Source: Octopus vulgaris (lineage: Eukaryota). Taken from it: a stretch of 64,000 nucleotides of DNA. Below the pieces are notes generated by a model. That model did not search any database, was not told where the DNA came from, and was given only the letters and a program-made list of their open reading frames with translations. The translations under genes and the position numbers were made by a program. Location: NCBI GenBank assembly GCA_951406725.2, contig OX597837.1, positions 48,112,001 to 48,176,000 of the forward strand, in the 5' to 3' direction. How positions within the stretch are numbered: position 1 is the stretch's first letter; each line of letters starts with the position of its first letter. This document shows positions 26,777 through 41,499 of the stretch, in pieces.

Positions 26777-26996
26777 CCCTTTAGCATTCAAACCAGCCAT
26801 ATCTGGCCAAAATATTTAACCTGTTTTATATTGAAACTGACCAGATCTCGCCTCTCACCTCAGCCCTACCATGTCATTCTAAAACTAAAAAATCACATCA
26901 CTGAAATCTCTAAACTACAAGATAATGCATGATTAATTCAAAGCAATATAAATAAACAAACATCACATTTGACAAAATAATCTGAACACTAAAGGG
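26777..26996. mobile_element. piggyBac-type MITE
   Basis: TTAA|CCCTTTAGCATTCA...TGAACACTAAAGGG|TTAA; a degenerate inverted copy lies at about 50880-51050. Confidence 0.8.
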
Positions 26997-27554
26997 TTAA
27001 AGATTTATCCCTGTCATATACTGCCCCCACCCACCACTCCTGATTCTACCTGTGAGTTACATTAAGAGAACTTAACTGAGAGATACTCAACCAATTACAC
27101 ACACAAGTTATAAAGTATTTCATTTAGACATTTTATGCATCTAATTTCTTTTCATTTGGTAAAAAAAAATCTTATTCTTGACTCCAAACTTATTGAAAAA
27201 CTACTTTTTTCTTTTCATTTTTCTGTCTTTCTTCTTCTCCTTTGCCTCTCTCCACCGGTTGGCAATCAGTCATATTTTATTCTTGTCTCCCTGTGTAATT
27301 CACGTCCCACTATGTTGTTGCTGGTGGGGGTGGGGAATAACAGGAACTGTTTAAGCAGGACACAGTTCCTTCCTGTTCTTCATGTAATTTTATAAAAACA
27401 CACCTGTAATTACAAAACACATTCTCAGCCTCAACTTTACAAAAGAGTGGTGGATGGAAGTGCCCTGACTCCCTCCTCTTACACTTAATTACCTTTCTTT
27501 ACCTTTATATTTTATCATTCTTTAATAAGGTGTATACATGTATATGTGTGCATG

Positions 27555-27606
<52 letters not shown>

Positions 27607-28324
27607 CACCATCTCCAGTCAGTGGGATTAATTTACACTTATAATAACCCCTGTAGCCTGAGCAAGGTCAGTTAGGGCAGTGTATGTATTATCTGCCCCT
27701 AGCGCTGTTGCTTGCATTTTATAATTATTATAATTTCTATTGTGGTTGGTTTTATTATTGTTATTATTAATATCGATGGTGGTGGGCACTTTTTAAATGG
27801 CTTACAAGGAAAAGCGTCACTGACTGGCTCCATTGTAATTGCAGGCTTTTCTATTATACAGGAATGATAGTGACTCAGTCTACTCAGCTGTAAGTTGGTA
27901 CCAGTGCATAGAAGGAACAGCTTGTTGAGTGTTCTGGAAGCTGGCACTGTTAAGTTCAAACCCCTCTTGAGGTACTGTTAGCATTCATTAAAGAGATGTA
28001 ATCAAAAGTGTTCCAGCTTCCACAATCCTGTTTGATTTGTATATCAGAGACCAGATTATCAGTGTGTGTGTGTCTATCTTTAAGCTGGTAGAATGTGATT
28101 TGGGAGAGATTTAGCTGCTATTTCTAAAAGTTTGAGCAACCACATAAGGGTGCCTTCCTTGCCTCAGCTATTCCTGTCTGTATACAGTATTGACAGAAGG
28201 AGCTAGAGGGAGAGGATTGTCTCCATCAAGCTGACCTGCTATGAGATGCTGCAGAAATGTGTCTGGCATCTTCAGTTTGATGTCCACTCTTCCATACTTG
28301 CATGGGCTGGACAGAATTTATTAA

Positions 28325-28541
28325 CCCTTTTGTTACCAACCCGGCTGAAACTGGATCTAGCTCTGAGTACAAATGTCTTGTTTTCATAAGTTTTTAATTA
28401 AAATCTTCCACCAAATCTTAGTTACAATTTATGTTCCTAATACTAGCTGAATGATAACCAAGTTATTTTAAATTCTTTGTTATATTTAAAGTAATTGAAA
28501 GAAACACAAAGCATCTCAAAATAAATACAGTAGTAAAAGGG
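28325..28541. mobile_element. piggyBac-type MITE (second family)
   Basis: TTAA|CCCTTTTGTTAC...GTAGTAAAAGGG|TTAA. Confidence 0.75.
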
Positions 28542-28783
28542 TTAAGGCAGATTTTCTATGGCCAGCTACCCTTCTTGTCACCAACCATAACCTGTTTCCA
28601 TGCAAGCTAATATTTCCGCATGGCTGAACATGATTTTGAAGAATATTGGAAATTAATGACACTGATTTACATCGACCACTTGATGTCAAAACAAAGAAAC
28701 AGAAATAAACAAACCCCACCCCCACACAGGACAAGCTTCTTTCAGTTTCTGCGTGTGCGTATGTGTGTGTGTGTTTGTATGTA

Positions 28784-30039
28784 TTGGGTCATCCCATAAA
28801 TAATGGGGTTTTTTTCATATTTCTTTAATTTTTCAAAATTAAGATATTCTTTTTTTAATCTAATATATACTCTCCTTCTTTTCTACAATGCTCTTCCATC
28901 TATCTGGTCAACTTGCAAAGCCTCTCTTCCAAAATTCACTTATCCAAGATAAAAAATACTCCTCCAGTACTGTTCTGACCTCATCTACAGAATTCTTATT
29001 TTTTCCATCCAAATGATTCTTGAGACTGTTGAATAAATAATAATCAGTTAGGGTAATTAATGTCTGGCAAATATGGTAGGTGTGGCATCGTTTCCCATCC
29101 AAACTGCTCCGGCCTTTGGAATGTCATCCTTGCTGTATGTGGCCGAGCATTATCCTGATGGAAGAATTCCTTTCATCTTCAAACCAAAGATGGTGGTTTT
29201 TCTTTTAGCGCCAACTTAAAACGCTCAAACTGCTCGCAGTAGATCTGCTTTGTTATCATTTGGTTTGGGTTTAAAAGTTCAAAGTGGACTAAACCTTTCT
29301 TATCCCACCAGACAGATAACAATACCTTACGTGGATGAAGACCATCTTTAGCCTGGGGTGTTGTGTTTCTCCTGTTGCTTGACATTTTTATAAAGAGCCC
29401 ATTTCTCATCACCAGTCTCTATTCAGTCCCAAAAATGGTTTATTCATGAGACATGATAGCAAAGAAGAGCATACATTCAATCTCTGCACAATTAGACTTG
29501 GAAAGTTTGTGAGGAACCGATTAATCCAATTTGCTGACTTTTCTGATAGCACGCAGGTGTTGATGAATGGTTCAATAACCAAATCCAAGCTTTTCTCTCA
29601 GTTCCTCAACAGTTATGATGGAATTTTGTTCCAAAGTTTGCCTTACGTCCTCATTGAGTTCTACAGACCTTCCAGGATGAGGCTCGTCTTATAGGCTGTA
29701 GTTTCCGGCTCGAAATTTCTGGAGCCACCTTTGACACTGGCTTACGCTTATTGTTTGATCCCCATATACTGCATTAATATTCCTTGCACTTTCTGTTGTG
29801 TTGTTGCCTCTATTGAACAAACAAAAAATGCCGAATATGCTCCTTTGTCATTTCCATTATAACTTTGAAAAAATAACTGTAAAAATCGAACTGCTCTCTT
29901 CAAAACTTGCACTAAGAATAAGTAGAAGGTAAAATTGCTACCTGCTTTTATAGCAAGTTGATGCAGGTGGTTTATACCATCTCCTCCAACTTTTAGTTCA
30001 TGCAATGGAAGAAACCGCATTATTTATGGGATGACCCAA
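28784..30039 (-). mobile_element. Full-length inactive mariner (DD34D-type) transposon
   Basis: TIRs TTGGGTCATCCCATAAATAATG at both ends, TA on the left; about 1.25 kb; broken transposase with GLHPRKVLLSVWWD, FHQDNARPHTA, DYYLFNSL and FWKRGF. Confidence 0.92.
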
Positions 30040-30358
30040 TCATATGAGACACCATGGTTTTGATAATTAGTTCAGATGCCAATGTAGTAATGAACAAATA
30101 GTCACCTTCACAACCCTCCCACCTTTGACCCAGCAAAACATCCAGGTTTTGACAACTGGAATGTGAGAAGATTACACCATTATCTGGTTGTTACTTACTA
30201 CAACTGAGTAGACTGAAGCAACAGGAAATAAGATTCCTTACTCAAAGATTCAATGCACAACCTGGTTTAGAAGTCATCTGTGACCCATATGATCAGGATT
30301 TGAACATCTTAACCACTCAGCCCCATGCCTTCATTTTAAAATGTATTCTCTAGAAGTC

Positions 30359-30395
<37 letters not shown>

Positions 30396-31142
30396 ATATG
30401 TAAAAGAGTGTATATAAAATATATAAGAAAAGGTATGGCAAGATAGTAACAAATGCGAAACTGGCCAAAGAAGTGCAACTGATATGGTCCTAAATCCATT
30501 TTGTTACTAGGTGTCTTCCTCAATGAGAGATGACCAAGGCTAAGCAGAAGCTGCTACCTACAATCAATATCCAACCAACAAAGAATTCAGTTCCTCTCTT
30601 CGGACCAGATTCTTGCTTTTGATACTTGTTTCAGTAGCAACACTGAAGTCTTCAGAAACTATTAAAGTTAATATTAATTTCTCACTGATTATGTAGCAAA
30701 TGATTTTTGTTGTTATTGAAATTTTGGGTACTCTCTCTCTCTCGCACATTCACACACACATATCGATGGCATTTACTGGACAGTCTGTGAAACAGACAAA
30801 ATTGGATGTACAAAATAGGAAATGCAAAATATGTTAAAGAATATTGCAAAGTCTACTAATTAGTACCAAATATATTCAAATATTGACCACACATTGATAT
30901 AAATCAGAGCCATACAAAATACATTGAAATCTAATTGTAACTCATAGATACAGCCACGTGGGGACAAAGTTCATAGTTTTGATTCCCTGACACCATGCCT
31001 TGGCTAAGACTTTTCTTATGTAAACTCTTGTCCAACAAGGTCTTGTGAGTGACCTTTCATTGACAGAAACTAGACAAAAGCCTCTGTGAGAGAGAGAGAG
31101 AAACAGTCTAGTAAGAAAATATATTTTCAATATTTGACTCTG

Positions 31143-34100
31143 TTTTATCTTACTAGCTTTACATAGGCCCAAGTATTTTATCTTACTAGCTTCACTTAGG
31201 CCCAAATATTTTATATTACTAGCTTCACTTAGGCCCAAGTATTTTATCTTACTAGCTTCACTTAGGCCCAAATATTTTATATTACTAGCTTCACTTAGGC
31301 CCAAGTATTTTATATTACTAGCTTCACTTAGGCCCAAATATTTTATATTACTAGCTTCACTTAGGCCCAAGTATTTTATATTACTAGCTTCACATAGGCC
31401 CAAATATTTTATATTACTAGCTTTACATTAGGCCCAAGTATTTTATATTACTAGCTTCACTTAGGGCCAAGTATTTTATCTTACTAGCTTTACATAGGGC
31501 CAAATATTTTATATTACTAGCTTTACATAGGCCCAAGTATTTTATATTACTAGCTTCACTTAGGGCCAAATATTTTATATTACTAGCTTTACATAGGCCC
31601 AAGTATTTTATATTACTAGCTTTTATCACTTTTAGGGCCAAGTATTTTATCTTACTAGCTTCACTTAGGGCCAAGTATTTTATATTACTAGCTTTACATA
31701 GGCCCAAGTATTTTATATTACTAGCTTTACATAGGCCCAAGTATTTTATATTACTAGCTTTACATAGGCCCAAGTAGGCCCAAGTATTTTATCTTACTAG
31801 CTTCACTTAGGGCCAAATATTTTATATTACTAGCTTCACTTAGGGCCAAGTATTTTATATTACTAGCTTCACTTAGGCCCAAGTATTTTATCTTACTAGC
31901 TTCACTTAGGCCCAAGTATTTTATATTACTAGCTTCACTTAGGGCCAAATATTTTATATTACTAGCTTCACTTAGGGCCAAATATTTTATCTTACTAGCT
32001 TTACTTAGGCCCAAGTATTTTATCTTACTAGCTTTACACTTAGGCCCAAGTATTTTATCTTACTAGCTTTACACTAGGCCCAAATATTTTATCTTACTAG
32101 CTTTACATAGGCCCAAATATTTTATATTACTAGCTTTACATAGGCCCAAGTATTTTATCTTACTAGCTTTACATAGGCCCAAATATTTTATATTACTAGC
32201 TTTACATAGGCCCAAATATTTTATCTTACTAGCTTTACATTAGGCCCAAATATTTTATCTTACTAGCTTTACATAGGCCCAAGTATTTTATCTTACTAGC
32301 TTTACTTAGGGCCAAATATTTTATCTTACTAGCTTCACTTAGGGCCAAATATTTTATATTACTAGCTTCACTTAGGGCCAAATATTTTATATTACTAGCT
32401 TCACTTAGGCCCAAGTATTTTATCTTACTAGCTTTACATAGGCCCAAGTATTTTATCTTACTAGCTTCACTTAGGGCCAAATATTTTATCTTACTAGCTT
32501 TACATAGGCCCAAGTATTTTATCTTACTAGCTTTACATAGGCCCAAGTATTTTATCTTACTAGCTTCACTTAGGCCCAAGTATTTTATCTTACTAGCTTC
32601 ACTTAGGGCCAAATATTTTATCTTACTAGCTTTACATAGGCCCAAGTATTTTATCTTACTAGCTTTACATAGGCCCAAGTATTTTATCTTACTAGCTTTA
32701 CATAGGCCCAAATATTTTATCTTACTAGCTTTACATAGGCCCAAATATTTTATCTTACTAGCTTTACATAGGCCCAAGTATTTTATCTTACTAGCTTTAC
32801 ATAGGCCCAAGTATTTTATCTTACTAGCTTTACACTTAGGCCCAAATATTTTATCTTACTAGCTTTACACTTAGGCCCAAATATTTTATCTTACTAGCTT
32901 TACACTTAGGCCCAAGTATTTTATCTTACTAGCTTTACATAGGCCCAAGTATTTTATCTTACTAGCTTCACTTAGGGCCAAATATTTTATATTACTAGCT
33001 TCACTTAGGGCCAAATATTTTATATTACTAGCTTCACTTAGGGCCAAATATTTTATATTACTAGCTTCACTTAGGGCCAAATATTTTATATTACTAGCTT
33101 CACTTAGGGCCAAGTATTTTATATTACTAGCTTCACTTAGGGCCAAGTATTTTATATTACTAGCTTCACTTAGGGCCAAATATTTTATATTACTAGCTTC
33201 ACTTAGGGCCAAATATTTTATATTACTAGCTTCACTTAGGGCCAAGTATTTTATATTACTAGCTTCACTTAGGGCCAAGTATTTTATCTTACTAGCTTCA
33301 CTTAGGGCCAAATATTTTATATTACTAGCTTCACTTAGGGCCAAATATTTTATATTACTAGCTTCACTTAGGGCCAAATATTTTATATTACTAGCTTCAC
33401 TTAGGGCCAAATATTTTATATTACTAGCTTCACTTAGGGCCAAATATTTTATATTACTAGCTTCACTTAGGGCCAAATATTTTATATTACTAGCTTCACT
33501 TAGGGCCAAATATTTTATATTACTAGCTTCACTTAGGCCCAAATATTTTATCTTACTAGCTTCACTTAGGGCCAAATATTTTATATTACTAGCTTCACTT
33601 AGGGCCAAATATTTTATATTACTAGCTTCACTTAGGCCCAAGTATTTTATATTACTAGCTTCACTTAGGCCCAAATATTTTATATTACTAGCTTCACTTA
33701 GGGCCAAATATTTTATATTACTAGCTTCACTTAGGCCCAAATATTTTATATTACTAGCTTCACTTAGGCCCAAATATTTTATATTACTAGCTTCACTTAG
33801 GGCCCAAGTATTTTATATTACTAGCTTCACTTAGGCCCAAATATTTTATATTACTAGCTTCACTTAGGCCCAAATATTTTATATTACTAGCTTCACTTAG
33901 GCCCAAATATTTTATATTACTAGCTTCACTTAGGCCCAAATATTTTATATTACTAGCTTCACTTAGGGCCAAATATTTTATATTACTAGCTTCACTTAGG
34001 GCCAAATATTTTATATTACTAGCTTCACTTAGGGCCCAAATATTTTATATTACTAGCTTCACTTAGGCCCAAATATTTTATATTACTAGCTTCACTTAGG

Positions 34101-37100
34101 GCCAAATATTTTATATTACTAGCTTCACTTAGGGCCAAATATTTTATATTACTAGCTTCACTTAGGCCCAAATATTTTATATTACTAGCTTCACTTAGGT
34201 CCAAATATTTTATATTACTAGCTTCACTTAGGGCCAAATATTTTATATTACTAGCTTCACTTAGGGCCAAATATTTTATATTACTAGCTTTACATAGGCC
34301 CAAATATTTTATATTACTAGCTTCACATAGGCCCAAATATTTTATATTACTAGCTTCACTTAGGCCCAAATATTTTATATTACTAGCTTCACTTAGGGCC
34401 AAATATTTTATATTACTAGCTTCACTTAGGCCCAAATATTTTATATTACTAGCTTCACTTAGGGCCCAAATATTTTATATTACTAGCTTCACTTAGGGCC
34501 AAATATTTTATATTACTAGCTTCACTTAGGGCCAAATATTTTATATTACTAGCTTCACTTAGGGCCAAATATTTTATATTACTAGCTTCACTTAGGGCCA
34601 AATATTTTATATTACTAGCTTTACATAGGCCCAAGTATTTTATATTACTAGCTTCACTTAGGGCCAAATATTTTATATTACTAGCTTCACTTAGGCCCAA
34701 ATATTTTATATTACTAGCTTCACTTAGGCCCAAATATTTTATATTACTAGCTTCACTTAGGGCCAAATATTTTATATTACTAGCTTCACTTAGGCCAAAT
34801 ATTTTATATTACTAGCTTCACTTAGGGCCAAATATTTTATCTTACTAGCTTCACTTAGGGCCAAATATTTTATATTACTAGCTTTACATAGGCCCAAGTA
34901 TTTTATATTACTAGCTTCACTTAGGGCCAAATATTTTATATTACTAGCTTCACTTAGGGCCAAATATTTTATATTACTAGCTTCACTTAGGGCCAAATAT
35001 TTTATATTACTAGCTTCACTTAGGGCCAAATATTTTATATTACTAGCTTCACTTAGGCCCAAGTATTTTATATTACTAGCTTCACTTAGGCCCAAGTATT
35101 TTATATTACTAGCTTCACTTAGGGCCAAGTATTTTATATTACTAGCTTCACTTAGGCCCAAGTATTTCATATTACTAGCTTTACATAGGCCCAAATATTT
35201 TATATTACTAGCTTCACTTAGGCCCATATATATTTTATCTTACTAGCTTCACTTAGGCCCAAATATTTTATATTACTAGCTTCACTTAGGCCCAAATATT
35301 TTATATTACTAGCTTTACATAGGCCCAAGTATTTTATATTACTAGCTTCACTTAGGGCCCAAGTATTTTATCTTACTAGCTTCACTTAGGCCCAAGTATT
35401 TTATATTACTAGCTTCACTTAGGCCCAAGTATTTTATATTACTAGCTTCACTTAGGCCCAAGTATTTTATATTACTAGCTTCACTTAGGCCCAAGTATTT
35501 TATATTACTAGCTTTACATAGGCCCAAATATTTTATATTACTAGCTTCACTTAGGCCCAAATATTTTATCTTACTAGCTTCACTTAGGCCCAAATATTTT
35601 ATATTACTAGCTTCACTTAGGCCCAAGTATTTTATATTACTAGCTTCACTTAGGCCCAAGTATTTTATATTACTAGCTTCACTTAGGCCCAAGTATTTTA
35701 TATTACTAGCTTTACATAGGCCCAAATATTTTATATTACTAGCTTCACTTAGGCCCAAATATTTTATATTACTAGCTTCACTTAGGCCCAAGTATTTTAT
35801 ATTACTAGCTTCACTTAGGCCCAAATATTTTATATTACTAGCTTCACTTAGGCCCAAGTATTTTATATTACTAGCTTCACTTAGGCCCAAGTATTTTATA
35901 TTACTAGCTTTACATAGGCCCAAATATTTTATCTTACTAGCTTCACTTAGGCCCAAGTATTTTATATTACTAGCTTCACTTAGGCCCAAATATTTTATAT
36001 TACTAGCTTCACTTAGGGCCAAATATTTTATATTACTAGCTTCACTTAGGGCCAAATATTTTATCTTACTAGCTTCACTTAGGCCCAAGTATTTTATATT
36101 ACTAGCTTCACTTAGGCCCAAGTATTTTATATTACTAGCTTCACTTAGGCCCAAGTATTTTATATTACTAGCTTCACTTAGGCCCAAGTATTTTATATTA
36201 CTAGCTTTACATAGGCCCAAATATTTTATATTACTAGCTTTACATAGGCCCAAATATTTTATATTACTAGCTTCACTTAGGCCCAAATATTTTATATTAC
36301 TAGCTTCACTTAGGCCCAAGTATTTTATATTACTAGCTTCACTTAGGCCCAAATATTTTATATTACTAGCTTCACTTAGGGCCAAATATTTTATATTACT
36401 AGCTTCACTTAGGGCCCAAGTATTTTATCTTACTAGCTTCACTTAGGCCCAAGTATTTTATATTACTAGCTTCACTTAGGCCCAAATATTTTATATTACT
36501 AGCTTTACATAGGCCCAAGTATTTTATCTTACTAGCTTCACTTAGGCCCAAGTATTTTATCTTACTAGCTTCACTTAGGCCCAAATATTTTATCTTACTA
36601 GCTTCACTTAGGCCCAAGTATTTTATCTTACTAGCTTCACTTAGGCCCAAGTATTTTATCTTACTAGCTTCACTTAGGCCCAAGTATTTTATCTTACTAG
36701 CTTCACTTAGGCCCAAATATTTTATATTACTAGCTTCACTTAGGCCCAAGTATTTTATATTACTAGCTTTACATAGGCCCAAGTATTTTATATTACTAGC
36801 TTTACATAGGCCCAAGTATTTTATATTACTAGCTTTACATAGGCCCAAGTATTTTATATTACTAGCTTTACATAGGCCCAAGTATTTTATATTACTAGCT
36901 TTACATAGGCCCAAATATTTTATATTACTAGCTTCACTTAGGCCCAAGTATTTTATATTACTAGCTTCACTTAGGCCCAAGTATTTTATATTACTAGCTT
37001 TACATAGGCCCAAGTATTTTATATTACTAGCTTTACATAGGCCCAAGTATTTTATATTACTAGCTTTACATAGGCCCAAGTATTTTATATTACTAGCTTT

Positions 37101-39710
37101 ACATAGGCCCAAGTATTTTATATTACTAGCTTTACATAGGCCCAAGTATTTTATATTACTAGCTTCACATAGGCCCAAGTATTTTATATTACTAGCTTTA
37201 CATAGGCCCAAGTATTTTATATTACTAGCTTTACATAGGCCCAAGTATTTTATATTACTAGCTTCACATAGGCCCAAGTATTTTATATTACTAGCTTCAC
37301 TTAGGCCCAAGTATTTTATATTACTAGCTTTACATAGGCCCAAGTATTTTATATTACTAGCTTCACATAGGCCCAAGTATTTTATATTACTAGCTTCACA
37401 TAGGCCCAAGTATTTTATATTACTAGCTTTACATAGGCCCAAGTATTTTATATTACTAGCTTCACATAGGCCCAAGTATTTTATATTACTAGCTTTACAT
37501 AGGCCCAAGTATTTTATATTACTAGCTTCACTTAGGCCCAAATATTTTATATTACTAGCTTCACTTAGGCCCAAGTATTTTATATTACTAGCTACATAGG
37601 CCCAATATTTTATATTACTAGCTTTACATAGGCCCAAGTATTTTATATTACTAGCTTTACATAGGCCCAAGTATTTTATATTACTAGCTTCACTTAGGCC
37701 CAAGTATTTTATATTACTAGCTTTACATAGGCCCAAGTATTTTATATTACTAGCTTCACATAGGCCCAAGTATTTTATATTACTAGCTTCACTTAGGCCC
37801 AAGTATTTTATATTACTAGCTTTACATAGGCCCAAGTATTTTATATTACTAGCTTCACATAGGCCCAAGTATTTTATATTACTAGCTTTACATAGGCCCA
37901 AGTATTTTATATTACTAGCTTCACTTAGGCCCAAGTATTTTATATTACTAGCTTCACTTAGGCCCAAGTATTTTATATTACTAGCTTCACTTAGGCCCAA
38001 GTATTTTATATTACTAGCTTTACATAGGCCCAAGTATTTTATATTACTAGCTTCACTTAGGCCCAAGTATTTTATATTACTAGCTTCACTTAGGCCCAAG
38101 TATTTTATATTACTAGCTTTACATAGGCCCAAGTATTTTATATTACTAGCTTCACATAGGCCCAAGTATTTTATATTACTAGCTTCACTTAGGCCCAAGT
38201 ATTTTATATTACTAGCTTTACATAGGCCCAAGTATTTTATATTACTAGCTTCACATAGGCCCAAGTATTTTATATTACTAGCTTTACATAGGCCCAAGTA
38301 TTTTATATTACTAGCTTTACATAGGCCCAAGTATTTTATATTACTAGCTTTACATAGGCCCAAGTATTTTATATTACTAGCTTTACATAGGCCCAAGTAT
38401 TTTATATTACTAGCTTTACATAGGCCCAAGTATTTTATATTACTAGCTTACACATAGGCCCAAGTATTTTATATTACTAGCTTCACTTAGGCCCAAGTAT
38501 TTTATATTACTAGCTTTACATAGGCCCAAGTATTTTATATTACTAGCTTCACATAGGCCCAAGTATTTTATATTACTAGCTTTACATAGGCCCAAGTATT
38601 TTATATTACTAGCTTTCACTTAGGCCCAAGTATTTTATATTACTAGCTTTACATAGGCCCAAGTATTTTATATTACTAGCTTCACTTAGGCCCAAGTATT
38701 TTATATTACTAGCTTCACTTAGGGCCAAATATTTTATATTACTAGCTTCACTTAGGCCCAAATATTTTATATTACTAGCTTCACTTAGGCCCAAATATTT
38801 TATCTTACTAGCTTCACTTAGGCCCAAGTATTTTATATTACTAGCTTTACATAGGCCCAAATATTTTATATTACTAGCTTCACTTAGGCCCAAATATTTT
38901 ATATTACTAGCTTCACTTAGGCCCAAGTATTTTATATTACTAGCTTCACTTAGGCCCAAATATTTTATATTACTAGCTTCACTTAGGGCCAAATATTTTA
39001 TATTACTAGCTTTACATAGGCCCAAGTATTTTATATTACTAGCTTTACATAGGCCCAAATATTTTATATTACTAGCTTCACATAGGCCCAAATATTTTAT
39101 ATTACTAGCTTTACATAGGCCCAAGTATTTTATATTACTAGCTTCACTTAGGGCCAAGTATTTTATATTACTAGCTTTACATAGGCCCAAGTATTTTATA
39201 TTACTAGCTTCACATAGGCCCAAGTATTTTATATTACTAGCTTCACTTAGGCCCAAGTATTTTATATTACTAGCTTCACTTAGGCCCAAATATTTTATAT
39301 TACTAGCTTCACTTAGGCCCAAATATTTTATCTTACTAGCTTCACTTAGGCCCAAATATTTTATCTTACTAGCTTCACTTAGGCCCAAGTATTTTATTTT
39401 ACTAGCTTTACATAGGCCCAAATATTTTATATTACTAGCTTCACTTAGGCCCAAGTATTTTATATTACTAGCTTTACATAGGCCCAAATATTTTATCTTA
39501 CTAGCTTCACTTAGGCCCAAATATTTTATATTACTAGCTTCACTTAGGCCCAAGTATTTTATATTACTAGCTTCACTTAGGCCCAAATATTTTATATTAC
39601 TAGCTTTACATAGGCCCAAGTATTTTATATTACTAGCTTCACTTAGGCCCAAATATTTTATATTACTAGCTTCACTTAGGCCCAAATATTTTATATTACT
39701 AGCTTCACAT
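31143..39710. repeat. 33-bp tandem minisatellite, about 260 copies
   Basis: Unit TATTTTAT(A/C)TTACTAGCTT(CACT/TACA/CACA)TAGG(C/G)CCAA(G/A); 8568 bp divided by 33. Confidence 0.97.
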
Positions 39711-41499
39711 TGCGTTAATTTTTCCCCTGCATTTTTTGCTTGTACTGTGACTATTTGAGTCAAAAGTGACTTTACTTTAAATTTCTGTAATAGTTTGCTT
39801 TTGTGTTTGCTTCAAATAATTGGTTCATTTGGTAATATAATACGAGGAACAGGCTATACATCAAATACAACCCTATTTGTCAATAGTTTATGATGCTGAG
39901 AATTAACTTTTTTCTTTTGTTTCATTATTACCAAATCCCAAATTGCTATTATTAATGTTGTTCTAACTCTACAATAATGGTTAAATGTGCTGTATTCAGC
40001 ATAAATGGTTTTCTGTTCAAATGCAACTTAGAGACATGCTTCTAGTTAACAGCTGCTGTTGAAGACATTCCTGGTTAATTTGCTCAGGAAATTCTGGGAG
40101 GTTTTCAGTAATTCGATTGGCATATTCCATCGGCAGAAGTTTCTTCAATCTGTAAAATCATTGTAAATGTGAAGTGCCAACTGTCTCTAGTAATCAGATT
40201 TTTAAATTTTCTTTATGTTTACATTCTATAAAATAGTTCGAGTTTGGCTTCACTACAGAGGGTCCCTGAAAACTTTGCTCCTGGATTAGTGAAATTCATT
40301 TGGTTGATGTTCAGTTTCAGTAGCTGCAAGTAAGCATCAGCAGGAAAACTCATTGCAATAGAGGAATTCCAGCAGATAAAGGTTTTGGAGAACTGACTGA
40401 TGGAGTGACATATTTAGTGCAGGATCTGGCCAATGCAACACAGTAAGGGCAGAAATAAGAATAGTTGGGTCAAGTCCACCTGGTTGAGGAAGGGTCAGTA
40501 CCTTGTTCAGAGGAGCAGAAAAACTTGTTGAAGTGTATGTGAGGGAGAGAGGAAAACTGTCTGTGTGCCAGGGATTGTAGTGTGTTGATAAAATAAGTTG
40601 GGTGGCCTTTTTTGGATTCAACCTGAGATGGTTGTATGTTGTAGTATTTACAACAGCAACAATCCTGGATTTTTTGTTGTTTTACCACTGTTCATCCTTG
40701 ATTGAGCAGACTTATGATCTGAGATTCCAGATATGACTTCCTCATCTTTTGTGTGTGGGGAGTTCAGAATCATGTCTAGGTTTTTTTGTTTTGTTTTTTT
40801 TCCCTGTTAAAAGAATCAGTGTGATTTGAAGGAGGTCAAGTGACCACATTGATTCTGGTGTTGGCTCAATTCCTTGATAGGTAAGCAAGGAGTTTGTAGT
40901 GTTCCTTTGCCAGTCAACTGGATGTCCTTCATGCTGGTGTTTGGGTGTGCAGCTGCTTCTCTTGTAGATGTGTACAGTGCTCCCAGAGGATTGTACAGCC
41001 TCTGAAAAATGCTTCAGGATTATTGATGACTTCCCATTCTCATACAGTAACATTATTTTCCAGAATCTGGTTGCTACCCCCAAAACCTCTTTCTTGCTTT
41101 GAACCCCTAGCTCATTAGTGGGGAACCTTTTTATGTTGGAATGCACATTCAAGTGAACTTCTCTCAGTCAACATTGCATTTCAAAAAAAAAATTTACTTA
41201 TATTACAAGCAAGTGTGTGTTTGTGTGTGTGTACTCGTGCACGTTAGTGTATATGTAAGATGTATAATATTTAAACTGCTAAATCTGAAATGTTTTCAGG
41301 GCCAACACAGTTCTCATAGAAAATTTTCTTTGGTCTGTTCTACTATCTGAAGTTGATGGCCTTTGAGAGTGGATTTCAAAAAATAGGCTCCAGGAGCTAA
41401 ATTCCTTGTATTTGTATGTGTTACTGTCAGGTGTGTGTGTTTGTGTGTATAAGACAAGTGAGATGAATGCTGTTAGTGTTCAGGTTGAGATGTTTGCAA

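Noticed and set aside
30620-30660. Hammerhead-ribozyme-like CTGAAGA...GAAAC on the minus strand (also CTGATGA near 26240)
   Set aside because: Stems I and II do not pair as required; at best a decayed Penelope-type relic
31143-39710. CRISPR array
   Set aside because: Contiguous tandem units with no unique spacers, no cas genes, eukaryotic context
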